In this document: piece after piece, positions 20,577 to 30,659 of the stretch
How the letters are laid out: each line of letters starts with the position of its first letter
Numbering within the stretch: position 1 is the first letter of the stretch
Assembly (NCBI GenBank): GCA_040768925.1
Contig: JAXGLZ010000002.1
Coordinates: 207,389 to 271,388 of the forward strand
Length of the DNA stretch: 64,000 bases
Source: Christensenellales bacterium
Lineage (GTDB): Bacteria > Bacillota > Clostridia > Christensenellales > CALWSW01
Direction of reading: 5' to 3'
Position numbers and translations under genes: made by a program
The notes under the pieces: model-generated
The model's database searches: none
What the model was told of the DNA's origin: nothing
What the model saw: only the letters and a program-made list of their open reading frames with translations

Positions 20577-22682
20577 CTACTTCTGCGCGGCGGCGTTCAA
20601 TCCGGCGATGCGGCCGAAGGTGAAGATGTCCGCGATCGCGTTGCCGCCCAGGCGGTTGCCCGCGTGGATTCCGCCCGCAACTTCACCGGCGGCCCACAGT
20701 CCTGCGATGACGTTGCCGTTGGTGTCGAGCACGTGGGTTTCGGTGTCGATGTGCACGCCGCCCATGGTGTGGTGCAGCGACGACTTGCGGGGGCTGATGC
20801 AGATGCCCGCGCCGGGGGTGGATTCGATGTACTCCAGATCGATGTAGCCGGAGATGACTTCCTTGCCGAAGTCGTCGTCGTGCTGATTCTCAACGTATCT
20901 GTTATAGGTTTCGATCACGTTGCGCAGGGCTTCTTCCGTATAGCCGGGAGCGCATCCCGCGGCAGGGGTCTTGGTGGCTTCGGCCAGCTCGGCAAGGGTT
21001 TCGCCGTACCAGATGTGGCCGCCTTCGACCATCGCTGCCACGCGCTCGTTGTAGTCCGTGCCCTTGAGCTTGACTTCGGGCTTGCCCACCTCGCCGCGTC
21101 CGGCATAGATGATGTAGAAAATTCCGTCAGGAAGCTTCAGGGACGCCTTGGCGAGAACGTCGCGCTCGGCGTACTCGTTGACAAAGCGGTTGCCTTTTCC
21201 GTCGATCCAGATCTGATCGGCCGCGTCGCCCCAGATGCCGTCGGTCATGGTGCCCTTGGTGGGCGAGGAAGAAGGCATCATCTGGGCGACTTCCAGGCCG
21301 GTCACGCCGGCGCCGACGGCCATGGCCATGACGATGCCGTCGCCCTCGTTGGTGCCGAGGTTGGTGGAAAGGGTTCTGTCGGAAAGGTCTTCGCCCCAGT
21401 ACTCGTCATATTCTTTGACCATCGCGGGGTTTGCGCAGTAGCCGCCGGTGGCGAGGACCACGCCGTTGTTGGTCTTGATGGTGATCTTGGTGCCGTCCGC
21501 CTTTTCGGCCTTTGCGCCGACGACCTTGCCGTTTTCCACGATCAGCTCCGTGCCGGCGGTTTCGGTGTGGATTTCCACGCCGTTTTCCCGGGCGACTTTT
21601 TCAAGCTGGGGGATGCGCTCCGCGCCGGACATGAAGCTGTGGGTGCGGGGCCACATGGCGCCGAGAACGGTGCTCAGCCTTGCGCCCTCGCCGTAGCCGG
21701 CGTTCAGGCCGACGGAGCCCATCCATTCGAAGGAAGGCAGGGCGTTTTCGGCCAGGGTGCGGGCGAGGTCAAGATCGGACGCGATCCAGCTGCCGTCGTT
21801 GAGCTGGCGCAGGCCGCCGACATAGATGTGCCACATGTGCAGCGCGATGGAGTCAAAGCCGGGCATGTCTTCGCCCGCGGTCTTGCCCTTGTTGGCCGCG
21901 TAGAAATCGCCGATATCCTTCTTGAGCTGGGTCAGGGTGTCCGCCCATTCGGGATACAGGTCAAACTTGAGGGCGGGGTCCGCAGGATCGAGGGCCAGAT
22001 AGCTGTCCAGCGTGTCCTTCTGGGCCTTGGTCAGGATGGTTCCCGCCTGGGCCGCCGGATCGACGGCGTTGTACGCCGCGCCGGCCATCATGGTATTGCC
22101 GCCGAGCACGGAGCCTTTTTCGATGAGGATGACCTTCACGCCCTGCTGGGCCGCGTTGATGGCCGCCGCAAAGCCGGCGCCGCCGCCGCCCATGACGAGA
22201 ACGTCGGCCGTCCAGTTTTCATCCGCGCCGGGCTGCGCGCGGTACGGGTTTGCACAAAGCGCCGCAACGTCCAATCCGGCCTTCGCCGCCGCGTCCTTGA
22301 CGGCGTTCATGATGCCGTTGCCGGCCAGGGTCGCGCCCGTTACGGTGTCCACCACCAGGGTCTGATGCTCGATGATCTGGGCGGGGATGCGTTCGACCGC
22401 TACGGAACAAACGTTTGCAGTCTCGTTGTTCTCCACGAACTCGATCGCCGTCATCTTGCTGTCTTCCACAGTCAAGGACACGACGATCCTGCCCTGCATG
22501 CCGTAGCCGGTTCCTTCAAACACGCCGTTGACCGGCTCAGCGGGAACAGGGGTCGCCTGGGGCACAACGATTTGCGGATCGTCGGTTTTTTCGGGAACTT
22601 CGGCGTCGTTGCCCGTTGTGGCGCAGGCCGCAAGGCCGAACACCATCGCCAGCGCCAGCAAAAGTGCCAGTAGCTTCTTCAT
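20577..22682 (-). CDS. Flavocytochrome c-type FAD reductase lipoprotein with FMN-binding domain (urocanate reductase-like)
   Basis: Lipobox LAAC, TVTGAT flavinylation motif, GGGGAG, ERDV, HHTMGG, GNRLGGNA. Confidence 0.8.
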   Translation of the reverse strand: MKKLLALLLALAMVFGLAACATTGNDAEVPEKTDDPQIVVPQATPVPAEPVNGVFEGTGYGMQGRIVVSLTVEDSKMTAIEFVENNETANVCSVAVERIPAQIIEHQTLVVDTVTGATLAGNGIMNAVKDAAAKAGLDVAALCANPYRAQPGADENWTADVLVMGGGGAGFAAAINAAQQGVKVILIEKGSVLGGNTMMAGAAYNAVDPAAQAGTILTKAQKDTLDSYLALDPADPALKFDLYPEWADTLTQLKKDIGDFYAANKGKTAGEDMPGFDSIALHMWHIYVGGLRQLNDGSWIASDLDLARTLAENALPSFEWMGSVGLNAGYGEGARLSTVLGAMWPRTHSFMSGAERIPQLEKVARENGVEIHTETAGTELIVENGKVVGAKAEKADGTKITIKTNNGVVLATGGYCANPAMVKEYDEYWGEDLSDRTLSTNLGTNEGDGIVMAMAVGAGVTGLEVAQMMPSSSPTKGTMTDGIWGDAADQIWIDGKGNRFVNEYAERDVLAKASLKLPDGIFYIIYAGRGEVGKPEVKLKGTDYNERVAAMVEGGHIWYGETLAELAEATKTPAAGCAPGYTEEALRNVIETYNRYVENQHDDDFGKEVISGYIDLEYIESTPGAGICISPRKSSLHHTMGGVHIDTETHVLDTNGNVIAGLWAAGEVAGGIHAGNRLGGNAIADIFTFGRIAGLNAAAQK

Positions 22683-22746
22683 TATGGGTCGTTCCTCCAT
22701 CTCAATGATTTTGCGGATCCTGATTGGAATAGCTTCCGCTCATTTG

Positions 22747-22777
22747 ATGATATCCGTGAAGCCGGGTTGAATGTCAA
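22747..22777 (-). promoter_or_regulatory. MerR-type promoter (19-bp spacer) of the reductase gene
   Basis: TTGACA-19-TATCAT with imperfect dyad in spacer; divergent MerR gene. Confidence 0.65.
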
Positions 22778-23038
22778 TCGTGTATCATTCTGTTTGGCGG
22801 CGGAATTGACGATCTTCGTCTGTTTTTTGCCTAACAAGTTGGCGGAACATTGAAGAAATCCCACGAAATATGGAGACTCTGACACATTAAATACACAAAC
22901 CATACAGCCGGGTTCATCGTTGCTCCCTTGTCATGTGATTTTCATCATGCTATATTAGCTTAAGCATAGCCCAGACACAGATCGCGTTCGGGCATGACCG
23001 TACTTCCGCCAAGGCCCATGCATCGGGAGGTATATGAA

Positions 23039-23848
23039 TTGCGTTATAAAATAGGCTCTTTCGAACATCTGACCGGAGTTCCCCGGGGTTCCCTCCGGTA
23101 TTACGACAAGCTGGAGCTGCTCCAGCCCCACCGGGACGATTTGAACAGTTACCGGTATTACGACGAGGAGGACCTGATCCGGCTTGTGCAGATCCGGCAG
23201 TACAACAGCTTCGGCATCCTGCTAGACAAGCTGCCGACTTATCGCAATGAAGTGGATTGTTCCGAAATGCTCGGCATTTTTTCACAGACCAGAGCCGAGC
23301 TGGAAGAAACGATCGAAATGCTCAACGACAAGCTGGCCAGAATGAAGGGCCACGAGATGAAATTCGGCGCCCTTACCAAAGCGGCGGGCATTTCGGAGCC
23401 TTATCGGATGAGCGCGATCTACCGGCTTTTCATCACCGATCCGGAGGTGGCGAGCCACGAAAACACGCCGGAAATCATTCGCAGATGGATGAGCTATATG
23501 CCGTACACCCATTCGACCATCCGCATCCGGCGCAGTGATTTCTTTTCGAATTCCGAGGGGCCGCTGCCCGTCGATGTCGGCATCGGCCTTATGAAGCGCT
23601 ATTTTGTTCAGCTGGGCGAGGAGCTCGTTCCCCCCATTCAATACTCGCCGATGATCAAATGCGTTCCCTTAATCGTCGCCATAGACGATCTGCATTCCAT
23701 TACCAAAAAGGATTTTTCTCCCCTTCTGGAATACTTGGAAGAAAAAAATTTGATGCTGATGGATGACATCTTCGGCTGGATCGTGTACATTACCACCAGA
23801 GGGCACAAGCCCCTTTACCACATCAGCTTTCACGCATCCATTGGCTGA
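23039..23848 (+). CDS. MerR-family transcriptional regulator
   Basis: YKIG...LRYYDKLELLQP...NSYRYY; TTG start after GGAGGT. Confidence 0.85.
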   Translation: MRYKIGSFEHLTGVPRGSLRYYDKLELLQPHRDDLNSYRYYDEEDLIRLVQIRQYNSFGILLDKLPTYRNEVDCSEMLGIFSQTRAELEETIEMLNDKLARMKGHEMKFGALTKAAGISEPYRMSAIYRLFITDPEVASHENTPEIIRRWMSYMPYTHSTIRIRRSDFFSNSEGPLPVDVGIGLMKRYFVQLGEELVPPIQYSPMIKCVPLIVAIDDLHSITKKDFSPLLEYLEEKNLMLMDDIFGWIVYITTRGHKPLYHISFHASIG

Positions 23849-23866
23849 ACGAAAGGAACGCCCGAT

Positions 23867-24463
23867 TTGAAACTTGTCATCGCTTCGAACAACATGCACA
23901 AAGTCAAAGAGATCAAGCAGATCCTTTCCCCCTGGTTTTCGGACGTTGTTTCCATGGGCGGCGCCGGCCTTGCGCTGGACGTCGTCGAGGATGGGGAAAC
24001 GTTTGAGGAAAACTCCCTCAAAAAAGCGCGGGAGGTTTTCGACGCCCTGGGCGGAGCGTACGCCGTGCTGGCCGACGATTCCGGCCTTTCCGTAGACGCT
24101 CTTTTCGGAGCCCCCGGCGTGTATTCCGCACGGTACGCGGGCGGGCACGACGACGCGGCGAACAACAAAAAGCTGCTTTTTGAAATGAAGGACGTGCCGG
24201 ACGGCAGGCGGGGCGCAAAATTCGTGAGCGTGATTTCCCTGATCCGCCCCGGCAGGGAACCGCTGGTCCTGCGGGGCGAGTGCGAAGGCGTTATCGCCCG
24301 ATCCCTTTTAGGAAGCAACGGTTTTGGCTACGATCCCCTTTTCTTTGTTCCCGGGCTTGGGAAGACTTTTTCCGAGCTTTCCGACGAGGAGAAAAACGCG
24401 ATCAGCCACCGGGGCAGGGCCCTTGCGCTTCTTCGGCTCGCCCTTGAAGAGGAAGCGGGATGA
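23867..24463 (+). CDS. rdgB: Non-canonical purine NTP pyrophosphatase
   Basis: ASNNMHK, ADDSGL, GVYSARY, FGYDPLF, KNAISHRG. Confidence 0.95.
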   Translation: MKLVIASNNMHKVKEIKQILSPWFSDVVSMGGAGLALDVVEDGETFEENSLKKAREVFDALGGAYAVLADDSGLSVDALFGAPGVYSARYAGGHDDAANNKKLLFEMKDVPDGRRGAKFVSVISLIRPGREPLVLRGECEGVIARSLLGSNGFGYDPLFFVPGLGKTFSELSDEEKNAISHRGRALALLRLALEEEAG

Positions 24464-24948
24464 TCGGCACCATGCGCGTCGGCGTTTTTTCCGATTCCCA
24501 CGGGGACAGGCGCGCTCTCAAGGACGCATTGAAGAAAGCCGGGCCGCTGGACGCGGCCTGTTTTCTGGGCGATTATTCCTGGGACGCGGCGGTGCTGATC
24601 GACGAGGGGATCCCCGCCTGCGTCGTCCGGGGGAACAACGATTTCGGCTCCGACGCGCCGGACGACGCCACGCTCTCCCTCGGCGGGGTTTCGGTTTACT
24701 GCACCCACGGGCACAAATACGGCGTCTCCTATTCGCTGGACAGGCTGTATCGCAAGGCAAGGGAGCAGGGCGCCGCAATCGCCCTTTTCGGCCATACCCA
24801 CCGGCCGCTTTTGGACAATATCGGCGGCGTGATCCTGCTCAATCCCGGTTCGGTGGCCTATCCCAGGGGGAATTTCGCCCCCACATTTGCCCTGCTGGAG
24901 ATCAAAAACGGCGCGGTTTCCCCAAAAATCGAGTATGTTTACAAATAA
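24460..24948 (+). CDS. YfcE/YsnB metallophosphoesterase
   Basis: SDSHG, GD, VRGNND, THGH, FGHTH, NPGS. Confidence 0.9.
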   Translation: MIGTMRVGVFSDSHGDRRALKDALKKAGPLDAACFLGDYSWDAAVLIDEGIPACVVRGNNDFGSDAPDDATLSLGGVSVYCTHGHKYGVSYSLDRLYRKAREQGAAIALFGHTHRPLLDNIGGVILLNPGSVAYPRGNFAPTFALLEIKNGAVSPKIEYVYK

Positions 24949-24979
24949 ATTTTTACGTTCATTCGATGTTCACTTTCTG

Positions 24980-25008
24980 TTGACACGGCCACATTTCGAT
25001 GCTATACT
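24980..25008 (+). promoter_or_regulatory. SigA promoter of tRNA cluster
   Basis: TTGACA-17-TATACT. Confidence 0.75.
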
Positions 25009-25041
25009 TTTTAGGCGTTGGCAGTGGTGAGCGAAGGACGG

Positions 25042-25118
25042 GCGCCTGTAGCTCAGCAGGATAGAGCAACGGCCTTCTAAGCCGTAGGTCCCGGGTTCGA
25101 ATCCCTGCAGGCGCGCCA
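25042..25118 (+). tRNA. tRNA-Arg(TCT)
   Basis: Cloverleaf, anticodon loop CT-TCT-AA, encoded CCA. Confidence 0.95.
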
Positions 25119-25138
25119 CACTTTTTTGCAATGTGTAT

Positions 25139-25216
<78 letters not shown>

Positions 25217-25336
25217 TTTTTCAAAAAAACGCAATCCCGCCTTTGCGGGAAAGGAGTTCCCCCGCCGCGCAGGCCGTCAGGCGTTTTTCGTTTGAGAATC
25301 GCGTGGCGGCAACCCTCAGCAAACGCGCAACAACGG

Positions 25337-25411
25337 TGGGGTGTAGCCAAGCGGTAAGGCACGGGGCTTTGACTCCCGCATGCGCAGGTCCGAATCCTGC
25401 CACCCCAGCCA
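25337..25411 (+). tRNA. tRNA-Gln(TTG)
   Basis: U1-A72, loop CT-TTG-AC, CCA; T-loop reads TCCGAAT. Confidence 0.92.
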
Positions 25412-25418
25412 TACTCAT

Positions 25419-25494
25419 GACTCATTAGCTCAGTCGGTAGAGCACTTGACTTTTAATCAAGGGGTCCGGAGTTCGAGCCTCCGATGAGTCACCA
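25419..25494 (+). tRNA. tRNA-Lys(TTT)
   Basis: Loop CT-TTT-AA, CCA. Confidence 0.95.
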
Positions 25495-25546
25495 GCCCTT
25501 TCCCTGGTCGCCGCGCCGGCCTTGACTTTTTTTCGGCGTTGTTCGT

Positions 25547-25631
25547 GCGGGCGTGGCGGAATTGGCAGACGCGCCGGATTTAGGTTCCGGTGCTTAACAG
25601 CGTAAGAGTTCAAATCTCTTCGTCCGCACCA
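25547..25631 (+). tRNA. tRNA-Leu(TAG)
   Basis: Loop TT-TAG-GT, long variable arm, CCA. Confidence 0.95.
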
Positions 25632-25663
25632 ATCCCCCCCTTTCCCCTTCCCCGGGCAACCTT

Positions 25664-25737
<74 letters not shown>

Positions 25738-25749
25738 TTGCGCAAAAAC

Positions 25750-25786
25750 AAAAACAGGCCGGCAAATGCCGGCCTGTTTTTATTTT
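25750..25786 (+). terminator. Terminator of tRNA operon
   Basis: AAAAACAGGCCGGC-AAAT-GCCGGCCTGTTTTT. Confidence 0.8.
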
Positions 25787-25839
25787 CCTCCGTCACTGTT
25801 TATGGTATGATAACAGCGGTTGCGAAGGGAGTGAACGAA

Positions 25840-26685
25840 ATGGCTGTGGAGAACCGGTATTTATCAGACGTTGAGGCGATATTGTCGCATCGGCATGATA
25901 ACGGGGCCGACCTGTGGACCACGCCGGATAAACGCCTGATCAAAGGAGCGCCTTTCTCGGCTTTGGAAAGCGTGCTTTATCTGCTGGAGCTGGGCGTGGA
26001 ACCCGCCGAACCTTTTATGAAAGAAGCGGCTGAACTGATCTTTGGCGCCTGGCAGGAAGACGGGCGCTTCAGGCTTTATCCCCGGGGCGCCATTTATCCG
26101 TGCCACACCGCCAATGCCGCCAATGTGCTTGGCCGCATGGGGTACGCCGCCGACAGCAGGCTGCAAAGAACGTTCCGGCATCTTTTGGAGATTCAGCGTG
26201 CCGACGGCGGCTGGCGCTGCAACAAATTCAGTTTTGGCCGGGGGCCGGAAACAGAGCATTCCAACCCCCACCCCACCCTTACGGCCCTTGACGCTTTCCG
26301 CTTTTGCGACTGCCCCAACAAAAAGCAGGCGCTCGACCATGCTGTGGATTTTTTGCTGGAACACTGGACGATTCGAAAGCCGATCGGCCCGTGCCACTAT
26401 GGAATCGGAACATTGTTCATGCAGGTTGAATACCCCTTTCGGGGCTATAACCTTTTTATGTACGTCTATGTTCTATCGTTCTATGACAGGGCAAAAAGCG
26501 ACCCGCGGTTCCACGAGGCTTTTAAGGCACTGGAATCCAAATTGATCGACGGCCAAATTGTGGTGGAGCGCGTCGTTCCCAAGCTGGCCAGGCTTTCGTT
26601 TTGCAAAAAGGGTCTGCCCAGCGCTTTGGCCACAATGCGCTACAATGAGATACTGAAAAACTTAGGAGAGAAATGCCTTCCGTGA
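25840..26685 (+). CDS. Prenyltransferase/squalene-cyclase repeat-like protein
   Basis: QW-like repeats WQEDGRF and IQRADGGW; GGAG RBS before ATG 25840. Confidence 0.6.
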   Translation: MAVENRYLSDVEAILSHRHDNGADLWTTPDKRLIKGAPFSALESVLYLLELGVEPAEPFMKEAAELIFGAWQEDGRFRLYPRGAIYPCHTANAANVLGRMGYAADSRLQRTFRHLLEIQRADGGWRCNKFSFGRGPETEHSNPHPTLTALDAFRFCDCPNKKQALDHAVDFLLEHWTIRKPIGPCHYGIGTLFMQVEYPFRGYNLFMYVYVLSFYDRAKSDPRFHEAFKALESKLIDGQIVVERVVPKLARLSFCKKGLPSALATMRYNEILKNLGEKCLP

Positions 26686-26825
26686 GATCCGGCCGCTTTT
26701 GCGCTTCCATAATAACCTTGAATAAAACATGTAATTCTTCCAATTGAACAGCGAATATGTAGAATTCCTTTGCGAAGCTGGGTTTATTTGCCCGTAACAG
26801 GAAATACGAATCGAATGGGGGCGTT

Positions 26826-27476
26826 ATGATGCCGGATGTTTTCGATTATAAAAAAGCCCATAAGGATCTCTATGCACCCAAGACCAAACCCTCCGTCATA
26901 GATGTGCCCGAAATGGTTTTTATTATGGCGGACGGAAAAGGCGATCCCAATACTTCCGCGGCCTACAAAAACGCAATAGAAGCATTGTATGCCCTGTCCT
27001 ACGGCATTAAGATGAGCAAGATGGGCGGCAACCCGCCGGATGGTTATTTTGAATACGTTGTGCCTCCGCTGGAGGGGCTTTGGTGGTTTGAAGACGGCAC
27101 GCTTTTTCATGGCGGCGCTATATCGGACAAGGGCAGATTCTGTTGGACTTCCATGATCCGGCAGCCCGAATTTGTGACCGCAGAGGTTTTTGAAAGCGCA
27201 AAAAACGCGCTTAGCAAAAAGAAGCCGCAGCTTGACCTCACGGCAACCCGTCTTGCCGGATTCACGGAGGGCTTGTGCGTGCAAATCATGCATATTGGGC
27301 CCTATGATGACGAGCCCGCGACCATCCGGGTCATGGGGGATTTCGTCATTCAGAACGGGTATAAAAACGATTTCTCCGAAACGAGAAAACACCATGAAAT
27401 CTATCTGGGCGATCCCCGGAAAACCGCGCCCGAGAAGCTCAAAACCATCATAAGGCATCCGATCGCGAAGCAATAA
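26826..27476 (+). CDS. GyrI-like small-molecule-binding protein
   Basis: GKGDPN, VPPLEGLWW, HIGPYDDE, HHEIYLGDPRK. Confidence 0.85.
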   Translation: MMPDVFDYKKAHKDLYAPKTKPSVIDVPEMVFIMADGKGDPNTSAAYKNAIEALYALSYGIKMSKMGGNPPDGYFEYVVPPLEGLWWFEDGTLFHGGAISDKGRFCWTSMIRQPEFVTAEVFESAKNALSKKKPQLDLTATRLAGFTEGLCVQIMHIGPYDDEPATIRVMGDFVIQNGYKNDFSETRKHHEIYLGDPRKTAPEKLKTIIRHPIAKQ

Positions 27477-27774
27477 CGATTTGCCGGATCATCGCCGGAG
27501 CAGTCTTTTGATTGCTCTGTTTTTTATGGGTTTCGAGGCAATTTCGCCGCGCGGGAGCTGCCGAAAATATGCATGCTTTTATTTAGTCAGAACTTTTCAT
27601 AATCCATTCCGCACGGATCGCGCTTTTCTGTTGGATTATTTTTTCCGATTTTGCTATACTGAGCCTAAGGTGGGATAATTTTCTGGATTTTTCCGCCGAA
27701 TGGCCAAATCGCGGTCATGCAGAACCGCGATACTGCGAAAGTAAAAAAATACTGAAAGAATTGAGTTAAAAAAC

Positions 27775-28335
27775 ATGAGCAAACCCAAAATAATCGCAAT
27801 CGTCGGATCGTTAAAAAAATGGTCCTACAACCGCCAGCTTGCGATGGCGGCAAAGAATCTGATCGGCAATCGGGCCGATTTTGAATTGCTCGATTATTCC
27901 GACGTTCCGTTTATGAACGAGGACATTGAATTCCCCGCGCCGGAATCCGTAACGCGCGTGCGAGAGGCCGTCAAATCCGCGGACGGCGTCTGGTTCTTTA
28001 CCCCCGAGCACAACCATTTTTTCCCCGGCGTGCTGAAAAACCTCATCGATTGGCTTTCCCGGCCGACGGAGGACGAGGACGCCCCGCCGATCCTTTCCAA
28101 AAAGCCCGCCGCCGTGAGCGGCATCAGCATCGGCATGTCCGGCACCGCGATCGCGCAGGATCATCTGGTAACCCTGATCAGCTATCTGGATATGAAAGTG
28201 ATGAACGCGCCGCGGCTGACCATACCCCATGGAAGGAAGCAGCTCAACGAAGGCGGCCTCCTCAGCCTGACCGTGAGCGCGCCGTTTTTGGAAGAACAGG
28301 TCGACGCGTTCCTGAACTTTTTGCAGAACCCATAA
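27775..28335 (+). CDS. NADPH-dependent FMN reductase
   Basis: GSLKKWSYN, TPEHN..PGVLKNLIDWLSR. Confidence 0.85.
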   Translation: MSKPKIIAIVGSLKKWSYNRQLAMAAKNLIGNRADFELLDYSDVPFMNEDIEFPAPESVTRVREAVKSADGVWFFTPEHNHFFPGVLKNLIDWLSRPTEDEDAPPILSKKPAAVSGISIGMSGTAIAQDHLVTLISYLDMKVMNAPRLTIPHGRKQLNEGGLLSLTVSAPFLEEQVDAFLNFLQNP

Positions 28336-28588
28336 CCCCTGCGCCATTCCGGCCGGGGCGATGCCGATGCCCCTTGCTTTTTCGCAAGGCCGGCATCCGT
28401 TTAAAGGCGCAGCAGGCTGCGCCTTTTTTCGCGGGCATCCGGCCAGAACAGTACGCGGGGCCTTGCAGGACGGAAAACCGGTTCCGTTTGCCGCCCGGAA
28501 TTCCCCGCAGCGGATTTATCCGTTTTGAATCGGCAAAATTATGATACGATGCATTGAAAATAGGTCGGCCTTTGCCGGGGAGTTCAAT

Positions 28589-29086
28589 ATGAAAAAGATT
28601 GTCGCCTTTTTGCTGGTAGCCTGCATGGCTTTGCCTTTTTCCGGGTGCGCCGAAATGGCCGGCAGCGAAGCGGAGATGCTTCAAATCGCCGTTAAAGAAG
28701 CGGGCGTTCCCAAAGAACTTGACGCGCAGCTCATCGGGGTGATCGAAACCGAAAGCGCCGCGCTGGCCTGCGTGATGACGGGGAACGAGCACCAGTCCCA
28801 CAGCTACTATGCGGCCGAATTTGTAAGGGACGGAAGTCGGTACCGCTTCATTCATGTCGGCGCCATGTGGGACCGGGGCGTCGATATGTGCAGTTTTCTT
28901 TGGGGCGGCGGCCATGTTTTCGTCAGCAACAATCCGCGCAGCAAAACGCTGAGCCTGAAGTTCCCCGACGGCAGGCTGGAGCTGGTGGATATTGATTCGC
29001 TTCCTTTTATATATGCTCTTGAAGGGGACGAATCCGGTTTTGAGTACTTCTTCCTGGATGAATCCGGGCAGGCTATCTCATATTGA
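28589..29086 (+). CDS. Hypothetical lipoprotein
   Basis: MKKIVAFLL...FSGC lipobox; GGGGAG RBS. Confidence 0.6.
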   Translation: MKKIVAFLLVACMALPFSGCAEMAGSEAEMLQIAVKEAGVPKELDAQLIGVIETESAALACVMTGNEHQSHSYYAAEFVRDGSRYRFIHVGAMWDRGVDMCSFLWGGGHVFVSNNPRSKTLSLKFPDGRLELVDIDSLPFIYALEGDESGFEYFFLDESGQAISY

Positions 29087-29115
29087 GCAAATGCTCAAAC
29101 CATATGCCGCAAAAC

Positions 29116-29149
29116 AAAAACTCCCCCAGGATTGCGGGGGAGTTTTTTT
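29116..29149. terminator. Bidirectional terminator
   Basis: AAAAACTCCCCC...GGGGGAGTTTTTTT between convergent genes. Confidence 0.75.
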
Positions 29150-29159
29150 ACGCCTTCGA

Positions 29160-29735
29160 TTATTTCAGCAGCCTGCTTCCCGGTTTTACCGCTTTTGAGC
29201 CGGCCTTGCACAAGGGGCAGTCCGCTTCTTCCCAGCTCACCACTTCCATCGAAAGCACGGCCTTGAACGGCACGCCGAAATCCACCTTGCCGTTGCTTCT
29301 GTCCACAATCGCGCCGACGCCCACCACATTCCCGCCGGCTTCGCGAATCAGCCCGACGACTTCGCGCACGCTGCCGCCGGTGGTGACCACATCCTCGCAG
29401 ACCAGCACGTTTTCCCCCGGCTTGATCCCGAAACCGCGCCGGAAGGTCATCTTCCCTTCCTGGCGCTCGGCGAAGATGTTCTTAACGCCCAGGCGCTCCG
29501 CCGTCTGATAGGCGATGATGATCCCGCCCACCGCGGGGCCGGCCACAAGATCGATAGGCTCGCCCGCAAAGGCGTTCGCCAGCTCGCCGCACATCAGCTT
29601 TGCATATCTCGGGTATTGAAAAAGCCGGGCGCACTGCATGTAATGGTCGCTGTGTTTGCCGCTCGTCAGCTGAAAATGCCCTTCGAGCATCACGCCGGTT
29701 TCCTTGAAAATCGCTAGGATTTCGTCCCTGGTCAT
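29160..29735 (-). CDS. pyrE: Orotate phosphoribosyltransferase
   Basis: [21 protein letters not shown] motif; pyr operon. Confidence 0.95.
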   Translation of the reverse strand: MTRDEILAIFKETGVMLEGHFQLTSGKHSDHYMQCARLFQYPRYAKLMCGELANAFAGEPIDLVAGPAVGGIIIAYQTAERLGVKNIFAERQEGKMTFRRGFGIKPGENVLVCEDVVTTGGSVREVVGLIREAGGNVVGVGAIVDRSNGKVDFGVPFKAVLSMEVVSWEEADCPLCKAGSKAVKPGSRLLK

Positions 29736-29747
29736 TTGTGTCTCCTT

Positions 29748-30659
29748 TCAGTCCGCCAGCGCGCCCGTAAGCTCCGTCACGGCGGCTATCCCGTTTTCCG
29801 CGCAAAAATCCCGAAGCTCCCCGATGATCCTGGGCAGTGCCATCGGGTCAAAAACCGTCGCGCTGCCGACCATGACCGCGCCTGCCCCGGCCAGCATGAA
29901 TTCCGCAGCGTCCCTGCCGGTCATGATCCCGCCCATGCCGAAAATCGGCAATCCCACGGCTTTGGATACCTCATAGACCATCCTAAGGGCCACGGGCTTG
30001 ACCGCGGGGCCGGAAAGGCCGCCGGTTTTGTTCGCGATGATCCTTCTTCTTGCTACGGGGTCGATGGCCATGCCGGTCAGCGTGTTGATGAGGGAGATCG
30101 CGTCCGCCCCGCCTGCTTCCGCCGCCCGGGCGTTATCCGAAATGTTCGATACATTCGGCGTCAGCTTGACGATCAGCGGCTGGGCGCAGTTCTTCTTCGC
30201 GGCTTTGGTCACCCGCTCGACCATTTTGGGGTCTACGCCGAAGGCCACGCCCCCTTCCTTCACGTTCGGGCAGGAGATGTTCAGCTCCACCATATCCGCT
30301 TCCGTGTTTCTCAGCTTTTCGGTCATCAGGGCGTAATCCTCGACGGACGAACCCGCGACGTTCGCGATGATCACGGTGCCGAGCTTTTTCATCTTGGGCA
30401 GGATTTCGCCGACGAATTCGTCGATCCCCGGGTTCTGAAGGCCGACGGCGTTGAGCATCCCCGCCGGGGTTTCGGCGATCCTGGGGGAGGGGTTCCCCTC
30501 CCTGCGCTTTGGGGTCAGCCCTTTGGAGGAGATCCCTCCGAGCAGCGAAACGTCGAAGAACGCGCCGTATTCAATCCCGAAACCAAAGGTGCCGGAGGCG
30601 GCGATGACCGGATTTTTGAATTCCACCCCGCAGATGCTGACACACATGTCCACGCTCAC
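29748..30659 (-). CDS. pyrD: Dihydroorotate dehydrogenase B, catalytic subunit
   Basis: ASGTFG, NAVGLQNPG, NISCPN, KLTPN, GGLSGPA; GTG start overlapping pyrK stop. Confidence 0.95.
   Translation of the reverse strand: MSVDMCVSICGVEFKNPVIAASGTFGFGIEYGAFFDVSLLGGISSKGLTPKRREGNPSPRIAETPAGMLNAVGLQNPGIDEFVGEILPKMKKLGTVIIANVAGSSVEDYALMTEKLRNTEADMVELNISCPNVKEGGVAFGVDPKMVERVTKAAKKNCAQPLIVKLTPNVSNISDNARAAEAGGADAISLINTLTGMAIDPVARRRIIANKTGGLSGPAVKPVALRMVYEVSKAVGLPIFGMGGIMTGRDAAEFMLAGAGAVMVGSATVFDPMALPRIIGELRDFCAENGIAAVTELTGALAD

Noticed and set aside
20574-22673. 699-aa plus-strand ORF (similarly 29736-31445, 38236-39741, 18693-20048)
   Set aside because: Mirror frames of well-supported minus-strand genes
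24460-24948. Link between this phosphoesterase and the CBASS effector
   Set aside because: Housekeeping YfcE/YsnB in its normal rdgB context
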